DNA of 64,000 nucleotides, from positions 1,766,389 to 1,830,388 of the forward strand of contig OZ247587.1 in assembly GCA_965233865.1 (NCBI GenBank), read 5' to 3'. The DNA comes from Candidatus Neptunichlamydia sp. (GTDB taxonomy: Bacteria; Chlamydiota; Chlamydiia; Chlamydiales; Simkaniaceae). Every line of letters starts with the position of its first letter. Position 1 is the first letter of the stretch. Below the pieces are notes generated by a model. It worked only from the letters and a program-made list of their open reading frames with translations. It did not search any database and was not told the origin of the DNA. Shown here piece after piece: positions 1 to 10,306 of this stretch. A program made the position numbers and the translations under genes.

Positions 1-1302
1 AATAACATCACGGTAGTTTTCACCGAGCTCCTGGTCTTCAGGTGTTTTCACCGGGTACACATTGACAGACTTAAAATAGCCAATTGCTTCAAGCCGTTGT
101 TGAGTAACTTTTAGCCTTCTAGTATCAAACACCTCTCCAGGAACCAGCAGAGATTCTCTTAGGATAACATTCTTACTCGTAGAGCTGTTTCCGAGGACTC
201 GAATGAGACCAATCTTAAATTGATCACCTTCATTAATTTGAATGCCAATATTGTAGACGGGGACACTTCGAGAAAGATGAAGAGTGTAATGGACGCCGGT
301 TTCTATATAACCGTCTTTTCCATAGAAGTCTTTAATGTTCTGAATACTATCGCGCAACTTTTCAGGAGAGAAAATAGAACCATCTTTGATGATCATGGCT
401 TTTTCGATTTGCTCTTCTGTTAAAAGCTCATTTCCCGAGATCGTAATATCTCCAAAATGGAAGAGATCACCTTTATCGGCGTTAATTGAAATTTCAAGAC
501 GGCCTTCTTCAGTTTCTTTGATCTGAATGTTGACGCGAGCATCTGCAAAACCCTCATTTTGCAAGTAGTTTACGATAACAAGTTTGTCATGCTCAAGAGC
601 TTCATCATGGTAGTTCCCAGTTCCTGTAATCCAACTCGTGAAAAAATTGTATTTTTTCGTCGTCATGAGCTCGAGGATCTTTGATTCTTCGTGTTTTTTA
701 AGCCCATTGAAGCAAATCTTTTTGATGTGTCCTGAATTCCCTTCATAGACCGTAATCTCAACATCTACTTCGTTTGTGTTCCCATAAGGAATCAGCTTAT
801 ATTCAAGCTGGGAGTCGAAATAACCCTTCTTGACGTAGAACTCTTTAACTTTATTGAAAGCTTTGTTGAAATCTTCTCGATTAAAAACGGTGTGAACCTT
901 GATACCAAGCTCTTTTTGAAGCTTGCAAGTTTTAACCTTTTCATTACCACCCCAAGAAATGGCGCGGATCATTGGTTTTTGCCAGAGTTTAATCGTGATG
1001 TAGACTTCTCCCTGACTGATTTCCATCGTAGGAACAGCGCGGTCGTACTCCTCAGATAGGGTTTTTAAATCATAATCAAAGGTGAGTTGAGAGAAGGGAT
1101 CGCCTGACTTGGTTCTTAGCTTAGTGAGGACGCGCTCTTGGCTAAACGTAGCACCTCGTGGAAGGTTTTCCGTGACAATGGTGATCTTTCCTACCCGTTT
1201 GTTTTCGTATACTTCGGATGCAGGAGGAGCGGCAAAAACCGATTTCATTGGCGCAGTTATCAAGAGTAAAGGAGCTATTGCGGCGAGAAACTTTGTGTTC
1301 AT
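1..1302 (-). CDS. bamA: Outer membrane protein assembly factor BamA (Omp85/YaeT), N-terminal POTRA region; truncated by window edge
   Basis: Manual translation from ATG at 1302: signal peptide MNTKFLAAIAPLLLITAPMKSVFA, then POTRA-like segments (LRTKSGDPFSQLTFDYDLKTL; EFYVKKGYFDS; NYLQNEGFADARV; ILRESLLVPGEVF). Lies downstream of recR, as in chlamydial genomes. Confidence 0.9.
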   Translation of the reverse strand, partial: MNTKFLAAIAPLLLITAPMKSVFAAPPASEVYENKRVGKITIVTENLPRGATFSQERVLTKLRTKSGDPFSQLTFDYDLKTLSEEYDRAVPTMEISQGEVYITIKLWQKPMIRAISWGGNEKVKTCKLQKELGIKVHTVFNREDFNKAFNKVKEFYVKKGYFDSQLEYKLIPYGNTNEVDVEITVYEGNSGHIKKICFNGLKKHEESKILELMTTKKYNFFTSWITGTGNYHDEALEHDKLVIVNYLQNEGFADARVNIQIKETEEGRLEISINADKGDLFHFGDITISGNELLTEEQIEKAMIIKDGSIFSPEKLRDSIQNIKDFYGKDGYIETGVHYTLHLSRSVPVYNIGIQINEGDQFKIGLIRVLGNSSTSKNVILRESLLVPGEVFDTRRLKVTQQRLEAIGYFKSVNVYPVKTPEDQELGENYRDVI

Positions 1303-1372
1303 TAATGTGGTCTTCTATTATCAATAATAAGTTTTCCAATTATAGGAAACGAAGAAGAATTATTGCAAGAGT

Positions 1373-1972
1373 TTAGAACTTTTGCCTTCCTGAAAAGGCT
1401 TGAGAAAGGGTTCCTTCATCAACAAAATCAAGTGAACTCCCAAGAGGAAGGCCCAATGCTAAGCGTGAAACTTCAACTCCATATTTTTCGAATTGTTCTT
1501 TAAGATAAAGAGAGGTTGCATCGCCTTCTAAAGTTGAATCGAGAGCTAAGATAATTTCTTTTGTTCCTAGTTCTTCAATCCGTTTTTGCAATTGAGGGAG
1601 GTTTAAATTTTCGGGAGTTTTCCCATCAAGTGGAGATAAGAGAGCACCTAAAACATGATAGAGCCCTTGATAGTTGCCGGTTTCTTCAATTGCGTAGGCA
1701 TCGCGGGGACTTGCTATGATACACAACTGATTCCGATTCCGCCTTTCGTGGTCGCAGAACGAGCACCGCACACCATCTATTAAGCAGCAGCATTTAGCGC
1801 AGGACTGCACCCGCTCTTTCAAAGTCTCCACTCCGTCGGCGAACTCATGAAGGTCCTTTTCTCCCCATTCTAACAAATGGAAGGCATACCGTTCGGCAGT
1901 CTTTTTCCCTACCCCAGGAAGCTTTCTAAGGTAAGCGATAAGAGTAAGTAAATCTTTAGGGTATCTAACCAT
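1373..1972 (-). CDS. recR: Recombination mediator RecR
   Basis: HhH motif LRKLPGVGKKTAERYAF, Cys4 zinc finger, Toprim YHVLGALLSPLDG...EGDATSLY; start codon uncertain (1972 or 1984). Confidence 0.95.
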   Translation of the reverse strand: MVRYPKDLLTLIAYLRKLPGVGKKTAERYAFHLLEWGEKDLHEFADGVETLKERVQSCAKCCCLIDGVRCSFCDHERRNRNQLCIIASPRDAYAIEETGNYQGLYHVLGALLSPLDGKTPENLNLPQLQKRIEELGTKEIILALDSTLEGDATSLYLKEQFEKYGVEVSRLALGLPLGSSLDFVDEGTLSQAFSGRQKF

Positions 1973-2106
1973 GCTTTTGAACATAGCATTTTGCAAAGAT
2001 TAATGGCTAGGTGATCAAAAAAAATCATGAGAAAGTGCCTATAAACCTGAATTTTAAGTGTGTTTCTCTTATTCTCAGGGATTTTTCGTTTTTTTTATCT
2101 TTTTTG

Positions 2107-2220
2107 CTTGAAAAGGGTTAATTGACCCTTCCCTGCGTCAAAGTGAGGGCAGCCACCCCAAAGCAGGTCGAGTGGGTTGCTATATTCAGTGTTTCCCTAC
2201 AAATTTTAGGCCTTCCCAAG
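2107..2220 (-). ncRNA. Candidate structured small RNA or attenuator leader upstream of recR
   Basis: GC-rich island in an AT-rich spacer. 5' CUUGGGAAGG pairs with 3' CCUUUUCAAG (two G-U pairs), internal hairpin, 3' hairpin AAGGGU/ACCCUU plus U-run, and a promoter immediately upstream. Confidence 0.45.
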
Positions 2221-2227
2221 TCTTTTA

Positions 2228-2255
2228 ACTTTATAGAATTCAAGATTTTTGTCAA
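2228..2255 (-). promoter_or_regulatory. sigma66/sigma70-type promoter TTGACA-16nt-TAAAGT
   Basis: Perfect -35 at 2250-2255 and -10-like hexamer at 2228-2233; predicted start near 2221-2220 coincides with the 5' end of the candidate RNA stem. Confidence 0.55.
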
Positions 2256-2419
2256 AAGGTTCGTATTGCTCTTTTGAGCCAGAAACTCGAAAGAATATAG
2301 AGGTTATAAGAATTATTGTCCATGAATAAAAGATTGTACTACTTGAGAGATTTGGGGCTTTTTCTTTAATGTTTTTTAGGGTATGATGCTTCTTAGTCAT
2401 CTAAAGGAATAGTTTTACA

Positions 2420-3418
2420 GTGGATCAAAAAGCGAAGATTATTGGGCTTGGAGCCTACTTGCCCAGCCGGGTACTTTCGAATCAAGATTTGGAAAAAATG
2501 GTGGAAACCTCTGATGAGTGGATCACCTCGCGAACGGGTATGAAAGAACGTCGTATTGCTGCTGAGGATGAGTTTACTTCAGACATGGGCTATGAAGCGG
2601 CAAAGCAGGCTCTTTCTGAAAGTGAAATTCAAGCAAAAGATATAGATCTTATATTGGTGGCTACACTCACCCCTGATTACGTATTTCCGAGTACAGCGTG
2701 TCTGATCCAAAATAAGTTAGGGGCATCGAATGCAGCAGCCATGGACATGCAAGCAGCGTGTTCGGGTTACATTTATGCTCTATCGATGGCAAAAGCTTAT
2801 GTCGAATCCGGAATGCACAATAACATTCTTATTATTGCCGCAGAGAAACTTTCCTCAATTGTTGATTATGAAGATCGGAACACTTGCGTGCTCTTTGGCG
2901 ATGGCGCTTCTGCCTGTGTTGTTAGCGGATCAAAGCCTGGGTATGTGATTGAAAATGTCTCTCTTGGCTGCGACGGAAAGCAGTCGGAACTTCTAATTCT
3001 TCCTGCAGGAGGGTCAAAAAGGCCCGCATCGGTTGAAACCGTTCAGGCAGGAGAGCACTTTATTAAAATGGAAGGGAAAGAGGTCTTCAAGCATGCAGTG
3101 CGCCGAATGGAAGGGGCTGTGAAAAATTGTCTTGATGCTTCTGGCCTAACAGAAAAGGAAATCAGCTGGATGGTTCCCCATCAAGCCAATATCCGCATCA
3201 TTGAAGCCCTCGCAAAACGGTTTGAAGTCCCCAGAGAACAGGTTTACCTAACAATACATAAATATGGAAATACTTCGGCCTCTTCAGTGGGGATTGCCCT
3301 TGATGAACTTGTTAAGGAAAAGGGTGTAAAGCGGGGAGAGCGAATCGTTCTCTTCGGGTTTGGAGCGGGACTTACTTGGGGAGCAGCTGCGCTGACGTGT
3401 GAGATTGACCGTGGATAA
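2420..3418 (+). CDS. fabH: 3-oxoacyl-ACP synthase III
   Basis: Catalytic motifs AACSG, PHQAN, YGNTSASS, GFGAGLTWG. Confidence 0.97.
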   Translation: MDQKAKIIGLGAYLPSRVLSNQDLEKMVETSDEWITSRTGMKERRIAAEDEFTSDMGYEAAKQALSESEIQAKDIDLILVATLTPDYVFPSTACLIQNKLGASNAAAMDMQAACSGYIYALSMAKAYVESGMHNNILIIAAEKLSSIVDYEDRNTCVLFGDGASACVVSGSKPGYVIENVSLGCDGKQSELLILPAGGSKRPASVETVQAGEHFIKMEGKEVFKHAVRRMEGAVKNCLDASGLTEKEISWMVPHQANIRIIEALAKRFEVPREQVYLTIHKYGNTSASSVGIALDELVKEKGVKRGERIVLFGFGAGLTWGAAALTCEIDRG

Positions 3419-4343
3419 GAAAATAGCGTTCATTTTTCCTGGGCAAGGAGCTCAGTATGTTGGAATGGGAAAGGATTTCCATGAAGCTTTTGCCGTTGTT
3501 CGTGAAACTTTTCAAGAGGCGGATGAACTTCTTGGATTTAGTCTGACGAGCCTTATCTTCGAGGGGCCTTCAGAAGAGCTGACCCAAACAAAAAATAGTC
3601 AAATTGCAATTTATGTTATGAGCGTTGCTCTCTGGCGTGTTTTGTCAGAACAGATGCCAGATATTGCTCCCACAGCTGTTGCTGGACTGAGCTTAGGTGA
3701 GTATTCTGCTCTAACCGCATCAGGACGCCTCAGTTTTAGGGATGGAGTCAAGCTTGTTAGGGCGCGTGGGCTTTATATGCATGAAGCAGGGGTTAAACAT
3801 CCTGGGACTATGGCAGTATGTTTGGGAATGGCACCTGATAAAGTGACTGAAATACTTGAGCCATTCGAGGGAGTGTGGGTAGCAAACCTTAACTGCCCTG
3901 GTCAAGTCGTCATTTCTGGAACGGTCCAAGGGGTTGCTGCGGCATCTGCCCTTCTTAAGGAGAAAGGAGCAAAGCGTGTTCTTCCTCTTGATGTCTCTGG
4001 TGCTTTTCATAGCGGGTTAATGGAAGAAGCTAAGGATCAACTTAAAGAAAAAATTGATACAATTTCCCTTGAGACAAGTTCAATTGATTTAGTGATGAAT
4101 TCTTGTGGAGAGTATATCTCTGAAGAGGAAATTCGAGGGAACATGATAAGCCAAGTCGTTGCTCCGGTTCTTTGGGAACAAGGGGTTCGAGCTATGGAGG
4201 AAAGAGGGATCGAATGTTTCATTGAGATCGGGTGTGGGAAGACCTTAAGTGGAATGCTTCGAAAAATTGGGGTGAAGGGAGAAATATTCTCTATAGAAAA
4301 AGTTGAAGATTTGGAAACTCTGCATCAAGGAGCGGTGAATTAA
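3411..4343 (+). CDS. fabD: Malonyl-CoA:ACP transacylase
   Basis: FPGQGAQ, GLSLGEY, VSGAFHS motifs; in fab operon; GTG start at 3411 assumed. Confidence 0.96.
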   Translation: MDKKIAFIFPGQGAQYVGMGKDFHEAFAVVRETFQEADELLGFSLTSLIFEGPSEELTQTKNSQIAIYVMSVALWRVLSEQMPDIAPTAVAGLSLGEYSALTASGRLSFRDGVKLVRARGLYMHEAGVKHPGTMAVCLGMAPDKVTEILEPFEGVWVANLNCPGQVVISGTVQGVAAASALLKEKGAKRVLPLDVSGAFHSGLMEEAKDQLKEKIDTISLETSSIDLVMNSCGEYISEEEIRGNMISQVVAPVLWEQGVRAMEERGIECFIEIGCGKTLSGMLRKIGVKGEIFSIEKVEDLETLHQGAVN

Positions 4344-5099
4344 ATGGGATTACTTAAAGGAAAAAGAGCCCTTATTACTGGGGGAACTTCTGGACTAGGA
4401 AAACAGATTGCGCTGACATTTGCTGAAGAGGGAGCTGATGTTGCAGTTATTGGGATGAATCGTGAGCGTGCTCAGCAAGTTGTTGAAACCCTTAAAGAAT
4501 TAAAGAAAAGCTCCGATCAACGATTTTGGCTTGGTACCGTTAATGTAGGTAACAAGCAAGAAGTTGATGAAGCAGTTGAGAATCTTCTCAAAGAATGGGA
4601 TGGGGTTGATATCTTGGTTAATTGCGCCGGAATTACTCGAGATAAGCTCTTTATGAGGATGAGCGAAGATGATTGGGATCAGGTAATTGAGACAAACTTG
4701 AAATCGGTATATAATCTTAGCCATGCTCTTGTCCGCCCAATGATGAAGGAACGGAAAGGGAAAATTATCAATATTACCAGTGTGATTGGGTTGACAGGAA
4801 ATCCTGGTCAAGTCAATTATGCTGCTTCTAAACTCGGTATGGTCGGGTTTACCCGTTCCCTTGCAAAGGAACTAGGTCCTCGCAATATCAATGTGAACTG
4901 TATTGCCCCCGGGTTTTTCAAAACTCCTATAACTGAAATTCTTACTGAAGAGCAAAGGAAGGGGATATTAGATAAGGTTCCCATGGGACGCCTTGGGGAT
5001 CCAAAAGAAATAGCTCACGCAGCGGTCTTTTTAGCTAGCCACATGTCTGATTATGTGACAGGGCAGATTTTGACTGTTGACGGGGGCATGATTGCTTAA
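4344..5099 (+). CDS. fabG: 3-oxoacyl-ACP reductase
   Basis: SDR motifs TGGTSGLG, NCAGITRD, YAASK; operon context. Confidence 0.96.
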   Translation: MGLLKGKRALITGGTSGLGKQIALTFAEEGADVAVIGMNRERAQQVVETLKELKKSSDQRFWLGTVNVGNKQEVDEAVENLLKEWDGVDILVNCAGITRDKLFMRMSEDDWDQVIETNLKSVYNLSHALVRPMMKERKGKIINITSVIGLTGNPGQVNYAASKLGMVGFTRSLAKELGPRNINVNCIAPGFFKTPITEILTEEQRKGILDKVPMGRLGDPKEIAHAAVFLASHMSDYVTGQILTVDGGMIA

Positions 5100-5147
5100 A
5101 TTAATGTATAAATTTTTGAACATGTTTGAAAAAAGGAAATTTGTTTT

Positions 5148-5390
5148 ATGTCAGTAGAACAAGAAGTGATTGATATCATTGTTGAACAGCTCGGAGTAGA
5201 CAGCGAAGAAGTCTCTGTGGAAAAATCTTTCGTAGAAGACCTAAACGCGGATTCTCTAGATCTTACAGAGCTAATTATGACCTTTGAAGAGAAATTCGGT
5301 TTCGAGATCTCTGAAGGGGAAGCAGAGAAGCTTCGAGTTGTTGGAGATATTGTCAAGTTTGTTAATGAAAAGAAAGTTGCTGCTAATTAA
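5148..5390 (+). CDS. acpP: Acyl carrier protein
   Basis: Acidic 80 aa protein with [12 protein letters not shown] phosphopantetheine site. Confidence 0.97.
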   Translation: MSVEQEVIDIIVEQLGVDSEEVSVEKSFVEDLNADSLDLTELIMTFEEKFGFEISEGEAEKLRVVGDIVKFVNEKKVAAN

Positions 5391-5412
5391 TTAGTAATCA
5401 ACTTCTTATGGC

Positions 5413-5446
5413 AACCGTACTATTTTTTAAGTAGTGCGGTTTTTTT
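5413..5446 (+). terminator. Rho-independent terminator after acpP
   Basis: Hairpin AACCGTACTAT/GTAGTGCGGTT followed by a T-run. Confidence 0.75.
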
Positions 5447-5544
5447 GTTCGGATTCGTCATCCAATGGTTCTTAAAAATATTTTACGACTAATGCAATTT
5501 AATTGAGTTATTTAGTATAAATTAAGGATTCATAAAATGTATTA

Positions 5545-6135
5545 GGCTCTGTCCTCAAAGTTTACACCACATGATGATCGAAGCAAACAAGAAAGCTCCT
5601 TTAAACATGCAAACCGTTTTATCATAACGTGTTGCAATTCTTCGAAACTCTTTAATGCGTCCAAAGAACCTTTCGACAGCATTTCGTTCTTTATACGTAT
5701 GCTCATCATACTGAATGGTTGCTTTCTTACTTTTTTTCCAGGAATTACTGGAGTACCCCCTTTCTCTACTAAGATTTCCCTAAATGGATCACTATCATAT
5801 CCTCTGCCACTCGTGATCGGCTTCACTTGTAAAAAAAATCTAAAATTTTCTCTAGGCGTCCTTTCTTGACCCATCGACTATAACGGTTATATATCGTTTT
5901 CCACGAACCAAATTCTGTGGGCAAATCTTTCCAAGGAGCTCCTATTCTTAGCACCCAGTAAACAGCCTCTAAAAATCGTCTATCATCGTTCCCATGTCGC
6001 CTCTTTGGAGCTGGTAAGAAAGGGGCAATTTTCCCCCATATCTCATCAGTAATTGATTCTCTTAACATAAAGTTAGCCTCCTTTAGGTTTACTCTATAAA
6101 AGTCTAATCAATTTTCATTTTTAGGGAGAGAGCTC
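5545..6135 (-). mobile_element. Decayed IS5-family (IS427-group-like) element, internally deleted and frameshifted
   Basis: N-terminal DUF4096-type segment (FLEAVYWVLRIGAPWKDLPTEFGSWKTIYNRYSRW) jumps directly to GRGYDSD; C-terminal ERFFGRIKEFRRIATRYDK lies in another frame; imperfect terminal inverted repeats flanked by TA. Confidence 0.85.
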
Positions 6136-6240
6136 TAAGTAGAGTATACGAAGTTCTTTGATCTCAAGGGTTTCTCGAATGTCTGAGCAAAGGCACAACT
6201 GTAAATGAATAAGACAAAATAAACTGGTAGCAGTGAAGCT

Positions 6241-7473
6241 TTAGATTGTTGATTCATAAGACTCCTTGGAGTGGTTTTCGGATCTTCTTAAGATAGCAAA
6301 GGAGACAAGAATGAAAAAGGCTGCTATCGGGTAGACTAAAGTAATATTGATTCCTGCAAGCGTTCCAGCTAAAAGGGGAGCGAACATAAACGCAATCGAT
6401 GCAAAAGATTGAGAAATTCCCATGACTTTCCCCTGCATTTCTTCTGGAGCGGCTAATGAGATTGCGCTAAGCGCATTTGTCCAAGCAAGGGCTCCAAATA
6501 TGGAGGCGATCAAGGCAAAGATTGCAAAAGGGATAAAAGAGGTCATTAAAGAGCAAAGGATAAACACGATGAATAGCCCCCCTGTTCCAATTTGAGCAAT
6601 TTGTCTCGCTTTGAAACGTTTTAAAAGCGTTTCGTTGATGCACGAACTTCCGAGAGACCAAACGACACCTGTTGATGCCAATAGTCCGAAGAGGACCTCA
6701 TGGGAAACAGTGTATCGAGAAAGAGTGTAGGGGTTCAACCATAGGAGATTGATTCCCCAACCCATCATCATCACCAGATAGTAAAAGTAGAGAGACCCAA
6801 GGCCCTTAATTTTAAAACAAACCGCAATGTGGCGCATCTTTTTAAAGGGATCGCAGTAAAACCTTTCGTTATTTATATTCGTTTCATGAAAAAAGAGATG
6901 AATTATGACGAGACTCAAAAGAGCAAAACCTGTGGTGATCCAAAAGGGGATTTCGGGTGATAATGACTTTGAAAATATCCCTCCAACTAAGATGGAAACA
7001 ATCCAGCTCAATCCTCCCACAGTCGCAATGATCCCGTAAGCTTTTGAACGACTTTTCTCATCAGCAGAGAGATCAGATAAAGAGGCCATGCATATTGTAC
7101 GGTTACTTGAAAACATCCCAGTCAAAATCCTGCTAACTAATAGAAGGGGAAAGTGGTGAGTCAAAATTGCTATGCCAGATAGAAAATATCCAACTGCCAC
7201 TCCACTGTTTAATATATAAAAAGTTCTTTTTCGTCCAAAGTGATCTGCAAAATCCCCGAATATAGGAGCAAAAATCAGCTGCATTAATGGGTAAACAGCG
7301 AATAATATCGCTAGTGATAAATGGCGTATTTGCAGAGAAGTTTCTGGGGAGAACATCTTGAAATCAGAACTGAGAAGTAAAGGTCCAAATAGACCAAAGA
7401 CAATCGCATATCCAAAATAGTCAAAGAAGTATGAGAAATAGATTGCAAAGAGAGATTTCTTTCGATTTATCAC
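6241..7473 (-). CDS. MFS transporter (DHA1/TetA-like)
   Basis: About 12 hydrophobic segments, motif A GDFADHFGRKR, C-terminal PEEMQGKVMG. Confidence 0.9.
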   Translation of the reverse strand: MINRKKSLFAIYFSYFFDYFGYAIVFGLFGPLLLSSDFKMFSPETSLQIRHLSLAILFAVYPLMQLIFAPIFGDFADHFGRKRTFYILNSGVAVGYFLSGIAILTHHFPLLLVSRILTGMFSSNRTICMASLSDLSADEKSRSKAYGIIATVGGLSWIVSILVGGIFSKSLSPEIPFWITTGFALLSLVIIHLFFHETNINNERFYCDPFKKMRHIAVCFKIKGLGSLYFYYLVMMMGWGINLLWLNPYTLSRYTVSHEVLFGLLASTGVVWSLGSSCINETLLKRFKARQIAQIGTGGLFIVFILCSLMTSFIPFAIFALIASIFGALAWTNALSAISLAAPEEMQGKVMGISQSFASIAFMFAPLLAGTLAGINITLVYPIAAFFILVSFAILRRSENHSKESYESTI

Positions 7474-7532
7474 AAACAAGGCTCCGTCTATTCCTTTTTA
7501 TTTGCTTTTTGTTTTTAAAATTCAACAAATAT

Positions 7533-8315
7533 TTACAGAATACGGGAGCGGATTTTTGGAGAGAAGAAGAGCAGCACAAGGAGGCTACTGAGGAGAAGGA
7601 GAATTGTGGATAAAGCATTAACAATAGGAGAAACGCCTGAGCGAAGGGTAGACAGAAGGTAGAGCGAAAGGGTTTGAATTGAAGTGCCAGCGCAGAAGTA
7701 CGAAAGGATAAAATCATCAAAAGAGAGGATGAAGATAAGGAGCCCAGTGGAAAGAAGCGTTGGGCGGAGGAGGGGAAGTGTGATTTTGATAAATGTTTGG
7801 AGGGGATTTGCTCCTAATGCTTCGGATGCCTCAGTGAGGCGCTTATCAAGCTGGAGGAAGCGGGTGTAAAGAATAGGAATGACAAAGCCGAGGCCGAGAA
7901 CAGTATGTGCGACGATAAGGGTAGTGATTCCAAGCTCTACTTTAAACAGTGTAAAGTAGCTGAGGAGGCTGATTGCTAGCATTGTTTCAGGAATGATGAG
8001 GTTTCCATAAAAAAGAGGAAGAGCTTTCTGGATCTTGCCACCTTGGGCACGGAAGAAAATCAAGAGTATTCCGAGAAGGAGGCTTAAGGATGTCGAAATA
8101 ATAGCAACCAAAAAGGAGTTTGTAAAGGAACTCCACAATGTAAAAGAAGTAAAAAGCTCTTGATACCATTTCAAGGTGAAACCATCCCAAGGGGAGGGGA
8201 AACTCTTTGTATTGAAGGAGAAAACAATTAAGATGAGGATAGGGAGATATAGAAAGATGTAGGAAAAAACTACAGCAGAGAGCCCCCAAAATTTCCCTAG
8301 AAATTTCCAGTTCAT
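7533..8315 (-). CDS. potC: Spermidine/putrescine ABC permease
   Basis: FLYLPILILIVFSFN start, EAA loop EASEALGA, SFDDF motif. Confidence 0.88.
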   Translation of the reverse strand: MNWKFLGKFWGLSAVVFSYIFLYLPILILIVFSFNTKSFPSPWDGFTLKWYQELFTSFTLWSSFTNSFLVAIISTSLSLLLGILLIFFRAQGGKIQKALPLFYGNLIIPETMLAISLLSYFTLFKVELGITTLIVAHTVLGLGFVIPILYTRFLQLDKRLTEASEALGANPLQTFIKITLPLLRPTLLSTGLLIFILSFDDFILSYFCAGTSIQTLSLYLLSTLRSGVSPIVNALSTILLLLSSLLVLLFFSPKIRSRIL

Positions 8316-9199
8316 TGAAGCCCCCTTAAGAGCATTTTAGACACCTTTTTAAAGATAAAATAAATGAACATGACTGTAACAACAAGTGCAAGACAGCTTA
8401 GAACCATAAAGGCAGCTCCAAGTCCCCCAGTTTCATTTCCTAGAACATATTGTGAGATCACATTCCCCACAAAATACGTCTTATCTCCACCCATCAATTC
8501 AGGAATAATGAATTCCCCAAAAGAGGGGATAAAAACAAGGAAAAAGCCTGCTCTCACAGCGGGGAGAGTCATAGGAAGCATTATTTTCTTGAAGGTCTCA
8601 ACCCATGAAGCTCCTAAGTCATCCGACACTTCTAAAAAACGGCGATCAAACCTCTCTAGCGTTGAGAAGATAGGGAGTACCATAAATGGGAGGTAACAGT
8701 AAACCATCATCAAAATAATCGCGAAAATCGAATTTAGGAAGTGAATAGGTTCTTGGATCAGACCAACTTTTTTTAGCAGAGTGTTTAGAAACCCTTCTCT
8801 TTCAAGGACGAAAAACCATGCGTAAACATGAAGAAGAAAGTTTGTCCAGAAGGGGACGATTAGAAAAAATAGCATGAGGGTCTTGTACCGCCCTGCTTTA
8901 AATGCAATAAAATGGGCAAGTGGGTAGGCGATGACAAGACAAAGCAAAGAGGTTGAAAAGGCTAAGAAGATTGAATTAAAGATGACCGTTAGGTGGGTAG
9001 AGGAAAAAAGAGGAACGAAGTTCTTAAGAGTTATCCCTTGGATTCCTCTTTCTTCCGAAAGGATAAAAACGCTACTCACTATCATTAAAAGCAGAGGTAG
9101 ATAGAAAAAAATGACCTGCCAAATCAGTGCTGGAGAACCGATAACAAAAGCACTCTCTTTTTTTGTCCTTTGTTGAATCCGTTGAAACAGGGCATACAT
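8312..9199 (-). CDS. potB: Spermidine/putrescine ABC permease
   Basis: IVPFWTNFL, YLPFMVLP, EAA-like EVSDDLGA, FIPSFGEFIIPELMGG. Confidence 0.88.
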   Translation of the reverse strand: MYALFQRIQQRTKKESAFVIGSPALIWQVIFFYLPLLLMIVSSVFILSEERGIQGITLKNFVPLFSSTHLTVIFNSIFLAFSTSLLCLVIAYPLAHFIAFKAGRYKTLMLFFLIVPFWTNFLLHVYAWFFVLEREGFLNTLLKKVGLIQEPIHFLNSIFAIILMMVYCYLPFMVLPIFSTLERFDRRFLEVSDDLGASWVETFKKIMLPMTLPAVRAGFFLVFIPSFGEFIIPELMGGDKTYFVGNVISQYVLGNETGGLGAAFMVLSCLALVVTVMFIYFIFKKVSKMLLRGLQ

Positions 9200-9202
9200 C
9201 GT

Positions 9203-10306
9203 TTAACTCTCCAAAAGTAATGCGTTTTCTTTTTGCCAGTAGAGGTGAACTTCATCGTCATAATCGATATCTTCATGGGGAAAGTGTTCTTCATTCTGTT
9301 CAAAGACTTGGAGCTTAAATTGGTTGTTTACAATAACGTTGTATTGGGTTGAGCGCCCGTGGTAGATGATTTGAGAAACCTCACCCTTTATCGTATTGGT
9401 GAAGTTCTCAACGGGTTTTTTTGAGATGTAGATCTTTTCAGGGCGCATACTGAGCGCTGCGGTACATCCCTCGAACATCCAGCCCTTTTTCTGAGGAATG
9501 TAGACTTTGAACTTCCCTAGATGAGGGACGTCTATTTTAGGGTCCGTGTCGATGCTATGGAGAGTTCCGGTTAAAATATTGGTGGTGCCTACAAATTTGG
9601 CAACAAAACTTGAGACGGGGAATTCATAAATCTCTTGAGGTGTTCCTATTTGCTCGATGTCTCCATCTTGGTTCATAATTGCCATCTGATCAGCAACCGT
9701 GAGGGCTTCGAACTGATCGTGGGTTACGTATACGAAGGTAGTTTTAAGCTTGTCTTGGAGCTCGATAAGCTCAATGAGCATTTTTTCCCGGAGCTTAAAG
9801 TCTAGGGCGGCTAGAGGCTCATCCAAGAGAAGGACCTCCGGTTCATTAATAATAGCTCTAGCAAGGGCCACTCTCTGTTGCTGCCCTCCTGAGAGTTGGG
9901 AAGGGAATTTAAAAATATGATTTTCTAGGTGGAAGGCTTTTAAGATTTTAATCACCCGTTGCTCAATTTTCTCTTTAGGAATTTTTTGAATTACGAGGCT
10001 ATAGGCGACATTATTAAAGACGTTGAGGTGAGGAAATAAAGCATAATTTTGAAAGACAATATTAATTTTTCGTTTGTTAACGGGAATATGGGTAATATCG
10101 GTATTGCCTAGATAAATAATTCCAGAATCAGGGGTTTCAAAGCCAGCAATGAGCCTCAGAAGTGTGGTTTTTCCACACCCACTTGGACCCAAAAGAGCAA
10201 AAAACTCCCCAGAAGGTATTATCAAATTAATTTTATTGAGAATGACCCCCTCTTCCTGAGATTTGGTAATCTCTTTTAGGTGTATGCTTCTCACATGCTT
10301 CTCCAA
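9203..10306 (-). CDS. potA: Spermidine/putrescine ABC ATPase
   Basis: Walker A GPSGCGKT, VFQNYALFPH, LSGGQQQR, LLLDEPL, C-terminal TOBE-like domain. Confidence 0.9.
   Translation of the reverse strand: MEKHVRSIHLKEITKSQEEGVILNKINLIIPSGEFFALLGPSGCGKTTLLRLIAGFETPDSGIIYLGNTDITHIPVNKRKINIVFQNYALFPHLNVFNNVAYSLVIQKIPKEKIEQRVIKILKAFHLENHIFKFPSQLSGGQQQRVALARAIINEPEVLLLDEPLAALDFKLREKMLIELIELQDKLKTTFVYVTHDQFEALTVADQMAIMNQDGDIEQIGTPQEIYEFPVSSFVAKFVGTTNILTGTLHSIDTDPKIDVPHLGKFKVYIPQKKGWMFEGCTAALSMRPEKIYISKKPVENFTNTIKGEVSQIIYHGRSTQYNVIVNNQFKLQVFEQNEEHFPHEDIDYDDEVHLYWQKENALLLES

Noticed and set aside
2206..2400. 64 aa ORF upstream of fabH
   Set aside because: Low-complexity AT-rich promoter region with no RBS or motif; overlaps the predicted promoter.
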